Below, one piece after another: positions 1 to 10,506 of a stretch of 64,000 nt of DNA. Position 1 is the first letter of the stretch. Each line of letters opens with the position of its first letter. The translations under genes and the position numbers were made by a program. The stretch is from an uncultured candidate division Zixibacteria bacterium (GTDB taxonomy: Bacteria > Zixibacteria > MSB-5A5 > UBA10806 > 4484-95): positions 192,001 through 256,000 of the forward strand of contig CAXXKA010000008.1 in the NCBI GenBank assembly GCA_963668625.2. Direction: 5' to 3'. The notes under the pieces were generated by a model. That model was not told where the DNA came from and did no database searches. It saw only the letters and a list, made by a program, of their open reading frames with translations.

Positions 1-227
1 CTAAATTAGGGGTGGAATCCGGATAGTAATTCCTGCTTAATATTGGATTTCTATCAAGCGTGACAGTTTTAATAGAAAAGATATCCCTGAGAATAATATG
101 TTCTTAGATTGTGTATAGCTTATTATATGCATAACTCGATGAGGTATCAAGCATCAGTGGTAGATTTGAGTGGTATCTGTATTTTGAACGCTGGCCGGTT
201 AAGTCCCAAGTAAACTTGACTAACGAA

Positions 228-935
228 CTAGATCATCACCCGCCTGATTTTCCCGCCATCTTTAAACACCCAATACGCGTTGGCCGTGCTATCTGATTTA
301 ATCGCCTCGATTTGGTCCTCGACTATTTTCACGCAGGCGTTATCCTCAATGGCGATACCCAGGATATTCTTTTTGGCCACGAGCCGATCGAAATATTTCT
401 TGCGGCCTACCTGCGAATCGTAATGTGGCGTGCAGGCGTAATCGAGGAAACCCAGGCCGCGGACATTTGTCCAGCGCGGGTAGTAAGCATCTGAAAGCCC
501 CCAGCTAAACCAGCAGTTGGCGCCGGCGGAAAGACCGGCCATCACCTTGCCGCTTTTCCACGCCCGTTGAAGGCATCTGTCGACATCGTAAATACGCCAC
601 ATCCTCATCATGGCCGGGGTCGATCCGCCTCCCACATAGACGAAATCGCAGCGGTCAATCTGACGGCGTACCGAGGCTTTCGAGCGCTGCTTGCCGTAGA
701 GAAACAGGAAATCAGCCTTGCAGCCAAGCGCCCTCTCATAGATAGTCTCGAACGCCTCGCAATATTCGGGATCCCCCTCCGAGGCGGTAGGGATAAACAG
801 CGCCTTTAATCTGCGCCGTCGGTTTTTACGCAGCTTATCGGCGGTAAGCACGATTTGCTCATCGATCGGGTAAGTTTCGTAATCATCAAGCTCCCCGCCG
901 CCGATAGCGAATATGGTTTTGGACGAGTTACTCAT
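228..935 (-). CDS. Peptidase E / family S51 (class I glutamine amidotransferase-like) peptidase
   Basis: N-terminal AIGGGE, FIPTAS, VYVGGG, nucleophile elbow GLSAGA, catalytic PHY; GC-rich core-like codon usage. Confidence 0.85.
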   Translation of the reverse strand: MSNSSKTIFAIGGGELDDYETYPIDEQIVLTADKLRKNRRRRLKALFIPTASEGDPEYCEAFETIYERALGCKADFLFLYGKQRSKASVRRQIDRCDFVYVGGGSTPAMMRMWRIYDVDRCLQRAWKSGKVMAGLSAGANCWFSWGLSDAYYPRWTNVRGLGFLDYACTPHYDSQVGRKKYFDRLVAKKNILGIAIEDNACVKIVEDQIEAIKSDSTANAYWVFKDGGKIRRVMI

Positions 936-1115
936 GATGGGGATTATACTGTCAGGATGATGGCGAGGTCAATGATATCATAGGGGAGGGGTGCGGCGTT
1001 GATCGTGTTGATTGCAGCCTAATGATTCTTTCATTGAGCGTCAAGACCGCAGGGGTTTTGGCCTACTCCAACGGCCGCCATACAGAATTAATCACCCCAC
1101 GATAGAATATAATTC

Positions 1116-1143
1116 TTGACATGTGTGGTGAGGGGAGTATTTT
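1116..1143 (+). promoter_or_regulatory. Sigma70-type promoter for the OLD/UvrD pair
   Basis: TTGACA-N16-TATTTT upstream of ATG 1209. Confidence 0.5.
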
Positions 1144-1208
1144 ATGGGGGAGATTGGGTATGACAGCTCAATTATTTGAAGTTTTGGACATTCATGACCG
1201 GGGGAATA

Positions 1209-3269
1209 ATGTTTATTTCGCAAATTAAAATAAATAACTTTAGAAACTTTAAAAATGAAGTCGTAATAGATTTTAATCCAGGAATCAATGTTATAATAGG
1301 TGAAAATAATTCAGGTAAATCAAACCTTCTTAAAGCACTTTCACTACTGTTTGATTCTAATTCTACAAAGCGATTAGATGTTGACGATTTTAACAAAAAC
1401 ACTTCAATTGAATGCTTAAAAAGAGAACCACCTAAAGTAACAATAACAGCTTTAATTGATGAATCACAAAATGAAGAAAAATACTCAGATGATTTAGTTA
1501 CGGTATCAACGTGGTTAATTCAATTAGAAAAGCCTTATAAAGCTCAGATAACATATATATTTTCACTCCCAGAGAAGGAACATGATGATTATAGAACATC
1601 CATGAATAAGAGCAATGGTAATGATATTGAAGATTATTGGAGATTAATTAAATATAAGTTTATTAGAAAATATATATATAAACTATATGTTGGTAATCCT
1701 GAATTTGAGAATGTATTGGACTCAGATTCTATAAGTAAATTTGATTTCCAATTTTTAGATGCCATTAGAGATGTTGAAAGAGATTTATTTACAGGAAAAA
1801 ATACTCTTCTTAGAGAAGTATTAGATTTCTTTATGGACTATGATATTAAAATATCCGGCAAAGATAATAGCGAGCAACAAGAAGAGATTGATAAGAGAAA
1901 GAATGAATTTTCGGAAAATGCTAAAGTCCTAGTAGATAAACTAAAGAAACGTATGGTTGATGGTAAAAATGAAATGCTTGAATATGCCAGCTCAACAGGT
2001 GCTTCTATAAGTAACTCGATGTTAGATTTTGACGGTCATATTCTTGACACAGAATTGTACTCTGCATTAAAACTAATATTAGAATATGAAACAGGGATAA
2101 AGATACCAGCTTCAAGAAATGGCTTAGGATATAACAATTTAATTTATATATCATTATTATTAGCCAAAATGCAAAAAGACGCTAGAGGGGATTATTTAGG
2201 TAGTAATGCTAAAATATTCCCTATTCTGGCTATCGAGGAACCAGAGGCACATTTACATCCATCGATGCAATACAAGTTTTTGAAGTTTCTAAAAGATAAT
2301 CAGAAAGATAAGGCAAGGCAGATATTTATAACTACTCATTCGCCCAATATAGCATCTGCAGTTGATTTAGATGAGATACTAATATTGCAATCCAAAGATA
2401 ATGAAAACATAAAAGTATCATATCCTGGTTTAGTGTTGTCTGGGGATGAGAATAAATCGTCAAAGGCTTATGTTAGAAGATTCCTTGATGTTACAAAATC
2501 TGATATGCTTTTCGCAAAAAGAATTATATTTGTTGAGGGGATTGCAGAACAATTATTAGTATCGATATTTGCAAAGATACAGGGTATTAATATTGAAGAT
2601 AAACATATTGCTATAATTAATGTAGGTGGAAGATATTTTGACCATTTTTTAAAATTATTTTGTAACCATGATAATGGTATTTATAAAAAAGTAGCATGCT
2701 TAACTGATTTAGATCCAATGATGAGGAAAGACGGTGGAAGCTTTGAGGCTTGTTATCCTTTTGAATTAAATACTGAAGATGGTTGTGAATATAAATCTTA
2801 TTCAAATGATTTAGTTGATAAGGATTTCCCTGGTGGAAATGTACGAGTATTTAGTCAAGAAAAAGGAAGAGGGAAAACATTTGAATATGAATTGGTTTTA
2901 GCTAATCCTTGTTGTGATTTCCTAATAACTGATAGTTTACATAATAGCGCAGAAATTGCTGATTTGATGAATTCATATAATGATGATAAATCAATAATGG
3001 AAATGCTAGAAATATTGAGTGATACCGGTGTTGAAAGCAAACGTATTAGAGATGGTATGTTAAAATTAAAAACTGGTGATTGGGAGGAAGGTGAAATAAA
3101 AAAGCATCTTATTGCTGCGCGTTACTTAAATTCTGTCAACAAGGGTGAAAACGCTCTTGAGATTGCAAGCAAATTAGAAGAGAAACTAGGCAATCTCAAG
3201 GAAGGAGAAAACGTGGCATTTAACGTACCCAACTATATAAAAGACGCTCTATTATGGATAACGGAATAG
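1209..3269 (+). CDS. gajA: OLD-family ATP-dependent endonuclease (ABC ATPase + TOPRIM), Gabija GajA-like
   Basis: Walker A GENNSGKS, GLGYNNL signature region, Walker B IEEPEAHLHP, TTHSP, TOPRIM IFVEGIAE and TDLD; likely start ATG 1209 after GGGGA. Confidence 0.85.
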   Translation: MFISQIKINNFRNFKNEVVIDFNPGINVIIGENNSGKSNLLKALSLLFDSNSTKRLDVDDFNKNTSIECLKREPPKVTITALIDESQNEEKYSDDLVTVSTWLIQLEKPYKAQITYIFSLPEKEHDDYRTSMNKSNGNDIEDYWRLIKYKFIRKYIYKLYVGNPEFENVLDSDSISKFDFQFLDAIRDVERDLFTGKNTLLREVLDFFMDYDIKISGKDNSEQQEEIDKRKNEFSENAKVLVDKLKKRMVDGKNEMLEYASSTGASISNSMLDFDGHILDTELYSALKLILEYETGIKIPASRNGLGYNNLIYISLLLAKMQKDARGDYLGSNAKIFPILAIEEPEAHLHPSMQYKFLKFLKDNQKDKARQIFITTHSPNIASAVDLDEILILQSKDNENIKVSYPGLVLSGDENKSSKAYVRRFLDVTKSDMLFAKRIIFVEGIAEQLLVSIFAKIQGINIEDKHIAIINVGGRYFDHFLKLFCNHDNGIYKKVACLTDLDPMMRKDGGSFEACYPFELNTEDGCEYKSYSNDLVDKDFPGGNVRVFSQEKGRGKTFEYELVLANPCCDFLITDSLHNSAEIADLMNSYNDDKSIMEMLEILSDTGVESKRIRDGMLKLKTGDWEEGEIKKHLIAARYLNSVNKGENALEIASKLEEKLGNLKEGENVAFNVPNYIKDALLWITE

Positions 3270-5044
3270 ATACAATAACTCTTAAAGACTCCGATGAATT
3301 GCTTAATGATATTGAGCATCATTTTAAGCTTATTGCCGGCCCCGGTGCGGGTAAAACGCGTTGGTTGACTAATCATATAAAAAATGTCCTTCATAATTCT
3401 AAAAGGTTAAAAAAATGTAGGAAAATTGCTTCTATTACATATACAAATGTCGGGGTTAATACAATTCGTGAGAGGCTTGGCGAAGTATCCGAGCATGTTG
3501 AAGTAGCTACTATTCATAGTTTCCTTTATAAACACATTGTCAAACCTTACATATTTTTACTTGCTGATGAATATAATATTAATGTTGCCCTAATTGATGG
3601 CCATGATGAACATATCGTTCGAATTAAAAAAGTAAAAGAATGGATAAGTAATAATATTAGACAACTCCGATACCTTTATAAGGATTTAGATTTAACTAAA
3701 CAACACTTAGCCAATTTATCTTGGTATTATGAAGAAGATGATTGTTTATTAAAGGTGAGAGATCATAAGGACTATAATAAACGATTCAAATTGGATGATG
3801 GAAGCCAATTGCCTTTTATTTTAGATTATAAAAAGCATCAGCAAATATATTTTCAGTATAAACAAACTTACTGGGGAGATGGCATTATAGACCATGAAGA
3901 TGTGCTCTTTTTTAGTTTTCAATTAATTAATAGATTTGAGGAAGTTAGAAGGATATTGAGGTCAAAGTTCCCTTATTTTTTTTTAGATGAATTTCAGGAT
4001 ACGCATCCGATTCAGACTAGCATAATATATAGATTAGCTGAAGATGAAACTATTATAGGTGTTATTGGAGACGATGCTCAGTCTATATACGGTTTTCAGG
4101 GTGCTGATCTTGAACAGTTCAGGAATTTTTCTTTGCCAAGTATTAAGATTTATAAAATAGAAAATAATCATCGAAGCACAAATGATATAATAAAAGTACT
4201 AAATCATATGAGGGATGATCTTGTACAAAAAAACATTGAAGATAAAACCGGAAGAAGGCCAACCTTAGTTATAGGAGAAATTCCAAGAACGATCAAGAGA
4301 GTTGAAAAATTAGTAAATAATGATCTATTTAGTCTAAGTTATGCCAACGTCACCGCAAATGAAATGAAATATGGAATAAACAGGCCGACAGGCGGTGGTA
4401 TTTATGATATTTTTAATGATAGTAATTATTCTAGAATGAAATTAATGATAGCGGCTATTAATGCTGTGGAATATGCAAGATATAATCAATTTCGAGATTC
4501 GATTAAATCATTATCTAATCGTTTAAAAATTCAAGATAAATTTAAAAGGAATAGCTTAGCTTTATCAATAGTGAAAGCATTATTAAATGAGTATAACTCT
4601 TTCAGATCTGTCAAGCTTATTAGTTTTTATAATATTTTTAAAGATACATATGAAAAGTATTCAATTGATAAAGTGCCATCTCTTAGAAACAATACAAAGC
4701 CATATGAATTTTATAATTCCATTACTTATAAAGAAGTCGCTTTGTACGTTAGATTCAATGAAGAAGAAAGCAGGCATAGAACTATCCATAAATCAAAAGG
4801 TGAAAATCTGAAAAATGTTTTAGTTGTGGTTAGAGGTAAGTTTGGGAGAGAATTCGATGAAACAGATGATTTAAGCTTTCTTTTAGTGCCTAACTTAAAC
4901 GACGAAAATCATCGAGTCTATTACGTCGCCATGAGCCGAGCTGAGGAAAATTTATTTATTAATGTTCCTTCTTTAACGGATGGTAGTAAAGAAAAGCTTC
5001 GGGAAATAGGATTCGATATAATGGATATTGGTCAAACAGGTTAA
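3254..5044 (+). CDS. gajB: UvrD-like SF1 helicase, Gabija GajB-like
   Basis: AGPGAGKT, TYTN, TIHSF, DEFQDT, GDDAQSIYGF, NHRS, TIHKSKG, YVAMSRA motifs; overlaps the OLD nuclease stop. Confidence 0.85.
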   Translation: MDNGIDTITLKDSDELLNDIEHHFKLIAGPGAGKTRWLTNHIKNVLHNSKRLKKCRKIASITYTNVGVNTIRERLGEVSEHVEVATIHSFLYKHIVKPYIFLLADEYNINVALIDGHDEHIVRIKKVKEWISNNIRQLRYLYKDLDLTKQHLANLSWYYEEDDCLLKVRDHKDYNKRFKLDDGSQLPFILDYKKHQQIYFQYKQTYWGDGIIDHEDVLFFSFQLINRFEEVRRILRSKFPYFFLDEFQDTHPIQTSIIYRLAEDETIIGVIGDDAQSIYGFQGADLEQFRNFSLPSIKIYKIENNHRSTNDIIKVLNHMRDDLVQKNIEDKTGRRPTLVIGEIPRTIKRVEKLVNNDLFSLSYANVTANEMKYGINRPTGGGIYDIFNDSNYSRMKLMIAAINAVEYARYNQFRDSIKSLSNRLKIQDKFKRNSLALSIVKALLNEYNSFRSVKLISFYNIFKDTYEKYSIDKVPSLRNNTKPYEFYNSITYKEVALYVRFNEEESRHRTIHKSKGENLKNVLVVVRGKFGREFDETDDLSFLLVPNLNDENHRVYYVAMSRAEENLFINVPSLTDGSKEKLREIGFDIMDIGQTG

Positions 5045-5146
5045 CCGCCCCCCATAAAAAACCCCAACCGCAATCTTGCTTTTCTCCCCGAAATCTGTTA
5101 TATATCACCCCTTAAATGACGATATCAACTTAAACTGGAAAAACTT

Positions 5147-6544
5147 ATGGATTATTACAAACGAATCAAAATCGCCCAAATTCTCAAACAGGCCGATAAG
5201 GCCGTCGATGATGCCATCGTTTTAGGCTGGGTGCGCACCCGGGCCGATAAACCCAATATGACCTTTTTGCAGGTCAATGATGGCAGCACACTTAATAATC
5301 TGCAGATATTCGTGGAAAATCCCGAACGGTTCGCTGATATCGAGAAGATGAAAACCGGCAGCTCGATCCGCGCCCAGGGCAAACTCGTGCCCGCCCCGGA
5401 TCGTCCGCATAAGATAGAACTTCACCCGGAAAGCCTGACATTATTAGGCGAGTGCCCCTCCGATTACCCGATGCAGAAGAAACGTCACTCGTTCGAGTAC
5501 CTTCGCGAGATAGCTCATCTGAGGCCCCGCTCCAACACGTTTGGGGTGATCAACCGGTTCCGCTCCAAGATGGCTTACGCGGTGCATAAATTTTTCCAGG
5601 ACAGGGATTTTTACTACATCCACTCGCCCATAATCACGGCCACTGATGCCGAGGGCGCCGGCGAGACATTCCGGGTAACCTCGCTTGATATGAAGAACCT
5701 GCCCATGGCCGAGGGCGCTATCGATTACAACGAGGACTTTTTCGGCATGGAGACATTCCTGTCGGTATCGGGACAGCTCGAGGCCGAGATACTGGCTACG
5801 GCAATCGGGGATGTTTACACGTTCGCGCCCACTTTCCGCGCCGAGAACTCCAACACCAGCCGTCACCTGAGCGAGTTCTGGATGATCGAGCCGGAGATGG
5901 CGTTCTGCGACCTGTTCGAGGATATGACCTTAGCCGGTGAGTTCCTCAAGTACCTGTTCCAGTTCGGACTCGAGAACTGTGCCGAGGAGATGGCGTTTTT
6001 CGACAAGTGGATTGACAAGGACCACATCCGGATAAAGACCCTGGAGAAAGTGATCAACACCGATTTCATCCAGTGCGAATACGGCGAGGCGGTGGATATA
6101 CTGATGAAGGCCAAAAAGAAATTCGAGTTCCCGGTTAGCTGGGGAACCGATTTGCAGTCCGAACACGAGCGATATCTGTGCGAGGAGTATTTCAACGCGC
6201 CGGTGATGGTGTACAACTATCCCCGCGATATCAAGGCGTTCTACATGCGCGTAAACGATGATGAGAAAACCGTAGCGGCCGTGGATGTCCTGGTGCCGCT
6301 GGTGGGCGAGATTATCGGTGGCTCCCAGCGCGAGGAGCGTTTCGATGTGTTGGAGAGCCAGATCGAGAAGTTCAATATCCGCAAGGACACGGTTGACTGG
6401 TATCTCGATTTGCGTCGATTCGGCACGGTACCGCATGCCGGTTTCGGGCTGGGGTTTGCGCGGGTACTGATGTATATGTCGGGGATGACCAATATCCGTG
6501 ATGTCATCCCGTTCCCGAGAGTGCCCCGCTGGGCCAAGTTTTAG
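5147..6544 (+). CDS. asnS: Asparagine--tRNA ligase
   Basis: GWVRT, HLRPRSNT, VSGQLEAE, PTFRAENSNTSRHLSEFWMIEPE, GGSQREER, GFGLGF, RDVIPFPR. Confidence 0.97.
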   Translation: MDYYKRIKIAQILKQADKAVDDAIVLGWVRTRADKPNMTFLQVNDGSTLNNLQIFVENPERFADIEKMKTGSSIRAQGKLVPAPDRPHKIELHPESLTLLGECPSDYPMQKKRHSFEYLREIAHLRPRSNTFGVINRFRSKMAYAVHKFFQDRDFYYIHSPIITATDAEGAGETFRVTSLDMKNLPMAEGAIDYNEDFFGMETFLSVSGQLEAEILATAIGDVYTFAPTFRAENSNTSRHLSEFWMIEPEMAFCDLFEDMTLAGEFLKYLFQFGLENCAEEMAFFDKWIDKDHIRIKTLEKVINTDFIQCEYGEAVDILMKAKKKFEFPVSWGTDLQSEHERYLCEEYFNAPVMVYNYPRDIKAFYMRVNDDEKTVAAVDVLVPLVGEIIGGSQREERFDVLESQIEKFNIRKDTVDWYLDLRRFGTVPHAGFGLGFARVLMYMSGMTNIRDVIPFPRVPRWAKF

Positions 6545-6583
6545 GGGTAAAGTATTGTCAAAAAATCCATAAAAAGAATTATC

Positions 6584-7339
6584 TTAAAGCTTAACTTTGC
6601 TTAACGAAAACAAAGCGAAAGATAACGCGACTATAGTGACAATAAATAGAATTAATAATTGCAGCAGATAGTCGGCAGGAAGGTTATTCAAATAACATCC
6701 GCGGAATAAATTGCAGATATAAGTCAGCGGATTAATTAGCGCTATCCAGCGAATAACTGCCGGCATCCTGTCGATCCCATAATACATCGAACTGGCAAAT
6801 GTCAACGGTAGGGATACCAGGGTTATCACTACCGCCCGCACATCCTCGCGAGGCAAGTATATACCACCGATCATGCCCAGTGAAAACCAGATACCCGCGC
6901 CTAAAATTAGTGTTATGATAAAAATAGCACTATTAAATAAAGTAACTTCAGGCAAGTTTTTAGCTAGTATGACAGCAATCATCATTATGAGTAATATCTT
7001 TATCAGGGTCAGACAAAACTGAAAAATGTATTTGCCCCAGAAATACCCCGTTAACGAGGCTTTAGACATAGCGATAACCGATAATATACCCGTGCGTGAA
7101 TCCAGCGATAAAAAAGAAAAACTGGTACCGAAAAGGAAAAAAGTCATATAACCGAACAAGCCAGGAGCAAAAAATTCTATATAGCTGACTTGCGAATCAG
7201 CCATGGCTATTTTGCCGATATTTCCCGATAGCGCCGTGGCAAATAACAATATCATAAATACCGGCGTCGCAAAATGCGAAACGGCGCCGAATATGCTGCT
7301 AAAAGTAACTTTTATTTCCCGCCAAATTATAGCATTCAT
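6584..7339 (-). CDS. ABC-2 type exporter permease
   Basis: About 6 TM segments, SYIEFFAPG and INPLTY motifs; adjacent to ATPase. Confidence 0.85.
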   Translation of the reverse strand: MNAIIWREIKVTFSSIFGAVSHFATPVFMILLFATALSGNIGKIAMADSQVSYIEFFAPGLFGYMTFFLFGTSFSFLSLDSRTGILSVIAMSKASLTGYFWGKYIFQFCLTLIKILLIMMIAVILAKNLPEVTLFNSAIFIITLILGAGIWFSLGMIGGIYLPREDVRAVVITLVSLPLTFASSMYYGIDRMPAVIRWIALINPLTYICNLFRGCYLNNLPADYLLQLLILFIVTIVALSFALFSLSKVKL

Positions 7340-7341
7340 GA

Positions 7342-8250
7342 TTACTCTCCCTTAACCGCTCTGAACACATCTATAAGCGATGGTTTTTCTACATTCACTC
7401 CCGTTATAGCGCCAAATTCACCAAGCTTGCTTAGAAGAGGTCGAAGATCAAAATTAACATCATCCACATGAATTGTGACACAACCATTTTTATGGCTGAT
7501 CGGATAACCTAATTTTTGCATCAATGATTCATCTATCGATTGTTCGAAAGTGACTTTGATTTGCCGGCCTGCAGCCTGGTTTTTTAATTGATCGGGTGTG
7601 CCGATTTTAATAAGTTTCCCCTGCTGGAGAAAGCCAATCCTATCCGCTAAGCTCTCAGCCTCAGCCATATCATTCGTACATAGAATGACTGTCCATTTAT
7701 TCTCTCGTGTATACTTTTTTATCATATCCCAAATTTTAAACTTACCGACAACATCAACACCCAGGGTAGGTTCATCAAAAATTACTACCGGTCTATCCGA
7801 TAGAAAGCAGCGGGCAAGCTGCAATCTTCTCACCTGGCCACCTGATAGAGTCATTACATTAGCATATTTTTTTTCGGCTAAATCGAATTCACTTAATATC
7901 TCATCAGCCAGTTTATGCCATTTTTTCATATCTATTTGTTCGAGTCTGGCATAGAACTTAAGATTATCATAAACCGAAAGGAAAGCATCAATGGCGGCCC
8001 CCTGTGACATCAGAGTGATTGCCCGGCGAATATCTTTATAGTCGCGGATTAAATCCTTTCCCAATATCGTGGCGTTTCCGGATGTGGGCTTTTGCAACGT
8101 AGTTAATAAATTAACGGTTGTGGATTTACCGGCGCCATTGGCTCCCAGAAAAGTGAATATCTCTCCCTGTTCGATACTTATAGATAGGTCATTAATAGCC
8201 TGGATTTTACCATAGTGTTTGCATAGATGCTCGGTTTTAATTACTATCAC
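7342..8250 (-). CDS. ABC exporter ATP-binding protein (DrrA-like)
   Basis: GANGAGKS, LSGGQ, FDEPT; GTG start after AGGAG. Confidence 0.92.
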   Translation of the reverse strand: MIVIKTEHLCKHYGKIQAINDLSISIEQGEIFTFLGANGAGKSTTVNLLTTLQKPTSGNATILGKDLIRDYKDIRRAITLMSQGAAIDAFLSVYDNLKFYARLEQIDMKKWHKLADEILSEFDLAEKKYANVMTLSGGQVRRLQLARCFLSDRPVVIFDEPTLGVDVVGKFKIWDMIKKYTRENKWTVILCTNDMAEAESLADRIGFLQQGKLIKIGTPDQLKNQAAGRQIKVTFEQSIDESLMQKLGYPISHKNGCVTIHVDDVNFDLRPLLSKLGEFGAITGVNVEKPSLIDVFRAVKGE

Positions 8251-8261
8251 GTTAGTCTCCT

Positions 8262-9652
8262 TCAGGCCACGGGATCGGCTTTAGGGCAGATAGGATTGGT
8301 TTGATATATAGTACCAAAAGCTTTCCATGCATCTCTTGAACACCAGCCATTCTTAATAACGCATAAATCATAATGTTCACAATCGTAACAAATGGTTCCC
8401 TGGAACAATGAACGATCGGGTGCAAAAAAGCCTTTGAATCTTTGAGAATTCCAAATTTCTGATAATGTTTGTCGGGAAGTATCACCTAGTACGTATTCAT
8501 CTTCGCATGGTAATTGTTCACAAGGAATTACCTTGCAATTTGGTAATATTACCATACCCGTCCTTCCTGCTGAACAAGCTCCTCTATTAGCAAATCGTTT
8601 TATTTCTTCTTCCTTTGTTTTCGATTTGCTATTTTCAATAGATTCACCAGTGCCGGATAAATGTAAATAAATATCGGGGTGTTTGCTTACAAAATTATCA
8701 ACGAATTCCCTTAACTTAGTTTCTTGAGATTCTAACAGGAACAATTCATCTGAATGCTTATATGCTGATCTAAAATATCTGCTCAGGCGCATTACCTTTA
8801 CTCCAATGTTGTAAAGTTCACACACCAATTCGGGTACATTCTCAGCATTCAGACAGGTAACAATGGTGTTGGTCGAGACCTCAATTTCATTTTTCTGTAA
8901 TCTCTTTATTGTATCAAATGCTTTTGCAGCATACATAGAAACACCTGTCATTATTTTTGCAAGCTCATTTTCAAAGGCATCAATGCTGATTTGAATACTG
9001 CGCAAGCCTATATTTTTCAATCGTGAGATAGTATTATCGGTTAAAAATTGTTTTGTTGACAACTGCAAATCTATTTTTGCTTCAACAATCATCTGAATAA
9101 TATCTATTATATTTTTATGAACAAAAGGATCTCCACCCGATAAGGTTATCACTACTACCTTATTAGTCTTAGCCTGCTCGATAATTTTTGCAATATGCTT
9201 GAACTCCATTTCACCAAGGTGACATGATGATTCATCCTGCGCATAGCAATATATGCAATTTCTCCCCCCGCATTTCTGTGTTATGCACAATACCAAACTT
9301 AATGGGAACTCTAAACAGAAATTATCTAAATTTATTTGTTTTTCGGTATAATAAAATCAAAGGGGTTGTCACTCCTAATAATATCGTTAACTTCTATCAA
9401 GTATTCTTTCCACTCTGTTTGAAGGCGATTTAGAAACTCTATCGCTTCTTGTTCTGTTATAGAAAACAAATATTCTACGATTTTCCTAATATCATCAATA
9501 CTGTTAGCCCCATTAAAATGAGATAAAACAATAGCCGTATTGGGATGTATTGTCTTCATGTCTTTATAATCAAATGAGTCCTCGTTATATTTCACAAATG
9601 CAATATTAGTTCTACATCTATACAACTTGCAGCTAGGGTCCAAGGCAAGCAT
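8262..9652 (-). CDS. Radical SAM/SPASM peptide maturase with N-terminal RRE/PqqD-like domain, split by a -1 frameshift at about 9339-9343
   Basis: ORF 8262-9296 has CGGRNCIYC, LSGGDP, QISIDA and SPASM cysteines (CSAG...IPC...CYDCEHYDLC..GWC...CP). ORF 9332-9652 joins it in frame if one A is added in CCGAAAAAC (reads ..IPKKQINLDNFCLEFPLSLVLCITQKC..). Confidence 0.8.
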
Positions 9653-9785
9653 TTTTACAGGTCAAGCACGTCATTTCACAACCGATCGAACATCCAATAC
9701 CATAAGAAATTGCAATGCCTTCAATTGTATTTTTGGAAATTAGACCTGCATTATCCATTGCTGTTTTAAGATCTGTTAGTGACAT
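9633..9785 (-). CDS. Cys-rich RiPP precursor peptide, 50 aa (MSLTDLKTAMDNAGLISKNTIEGIAISYGIGCSIGCEMTCLTCKNACLGP)
   Basis: Hand-translated; below the ORF-track cutoff; purine-rich RBS AAGGAAGGG; first gene of the rSAM-ABC operon; C-x3-C-x3-C-x2-C-x3-C core. Confidence 0.8.
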   Translation of the reverse strand: MSLTDLKTAMDNAGLISKNTIEGIAISYGIGCSIGCEMTCLTCKNACLGP

Positions 9786-10387
9786 TTTCCCTTCCTTTTC
9801 ATGCAATTTAATATTCAGTAAACGTTATCTGAAATAATTTAATTAACAAAAGGGGCGGGCCTCGTTTACGCTCCAAACTATAACCACATAAATAAGGTAG
9901 CATTTATTAATGCCTTTATTTGTCTATTAATTAAAACGCTTAATGTATATTAAAATCCATTTATATTCTCGTGCATTGCAATAGGAGTTTTAGTGATCTG
10001 ATTACGTTATACATTTGAACCATTTTTAGGATAAAAACAGTTGTAATAAATGTGTTTGTATAATATTCTTTTGTCAAAATATCCCTTTCTAAATACGAAG
10101 GTTTTATGTGATTAATTACATCTATTAGATCTATAAGTCAATAATTATAAATATGGTAATATATGCGTAAACAAAAATACTTATATATATATATAAAGCA
10201 ATATTGCTCATTAGGTTAACTTGTTTATCATGCTCCTTGATTCGGGGTCAAAGATTTAATGGATAGTATTACGGTTCAGGTTAAAAATATACAAGGACAG
10301 GACAATTCACTTGCTACTCCACTGGCCCATTGCACTGGCAAACCAAATGGCAATGTCAATTTTAACGTGAGCAAAATGCAAAATAGT

Positions 10388-10415
10388 TTGCGTTAAGCGA
10401 TGATTTGAATATATT
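10388..10415 (+). promoter_or_regulatory. Putative tRNA promoter
   Basis: TTGCGT-N16-TATATT just upstream of the tRNA-like sequences. Confidence 0.5.
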
Positions 10416-10430
10416 AGAGATTCGATATTG

Positions 10431-10494
10431 GGGCGGTTAGCTCAGCCTTATAGAGCACCCCGACTTGTAGTCGGAAGGGCCGCATTGAAAATTA
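10431..10494 (+). pseudogene. Truncated tRNA-like sequence (5' two thirds; anticodon arm reads TGT)
   Basis: Shares GGGCGGTTAGCTCAG..TAGAGCACC..GGGCCGCA with the downstream tRNA-Val; arm CCGA-CTTGTAG-TCGG; no T-loop or 3' acceptor strand. Confidence 0.6.
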
Positions 10495-10506
10495 GATAGT
10501 TACTTT

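Noticed and set aside
1-227. Possible partial gene at the window start
   Set aside because: No supportable ORF or motif
5155-6537. Antisense and alternate-frame ORFs over asnS, IS elements and the array genes (e.g. 5930-6436, 29502-29945, 31605-32048, 59861-60520)
   Set aside because: Shadows of well-supported genes, with no recognisable motifs
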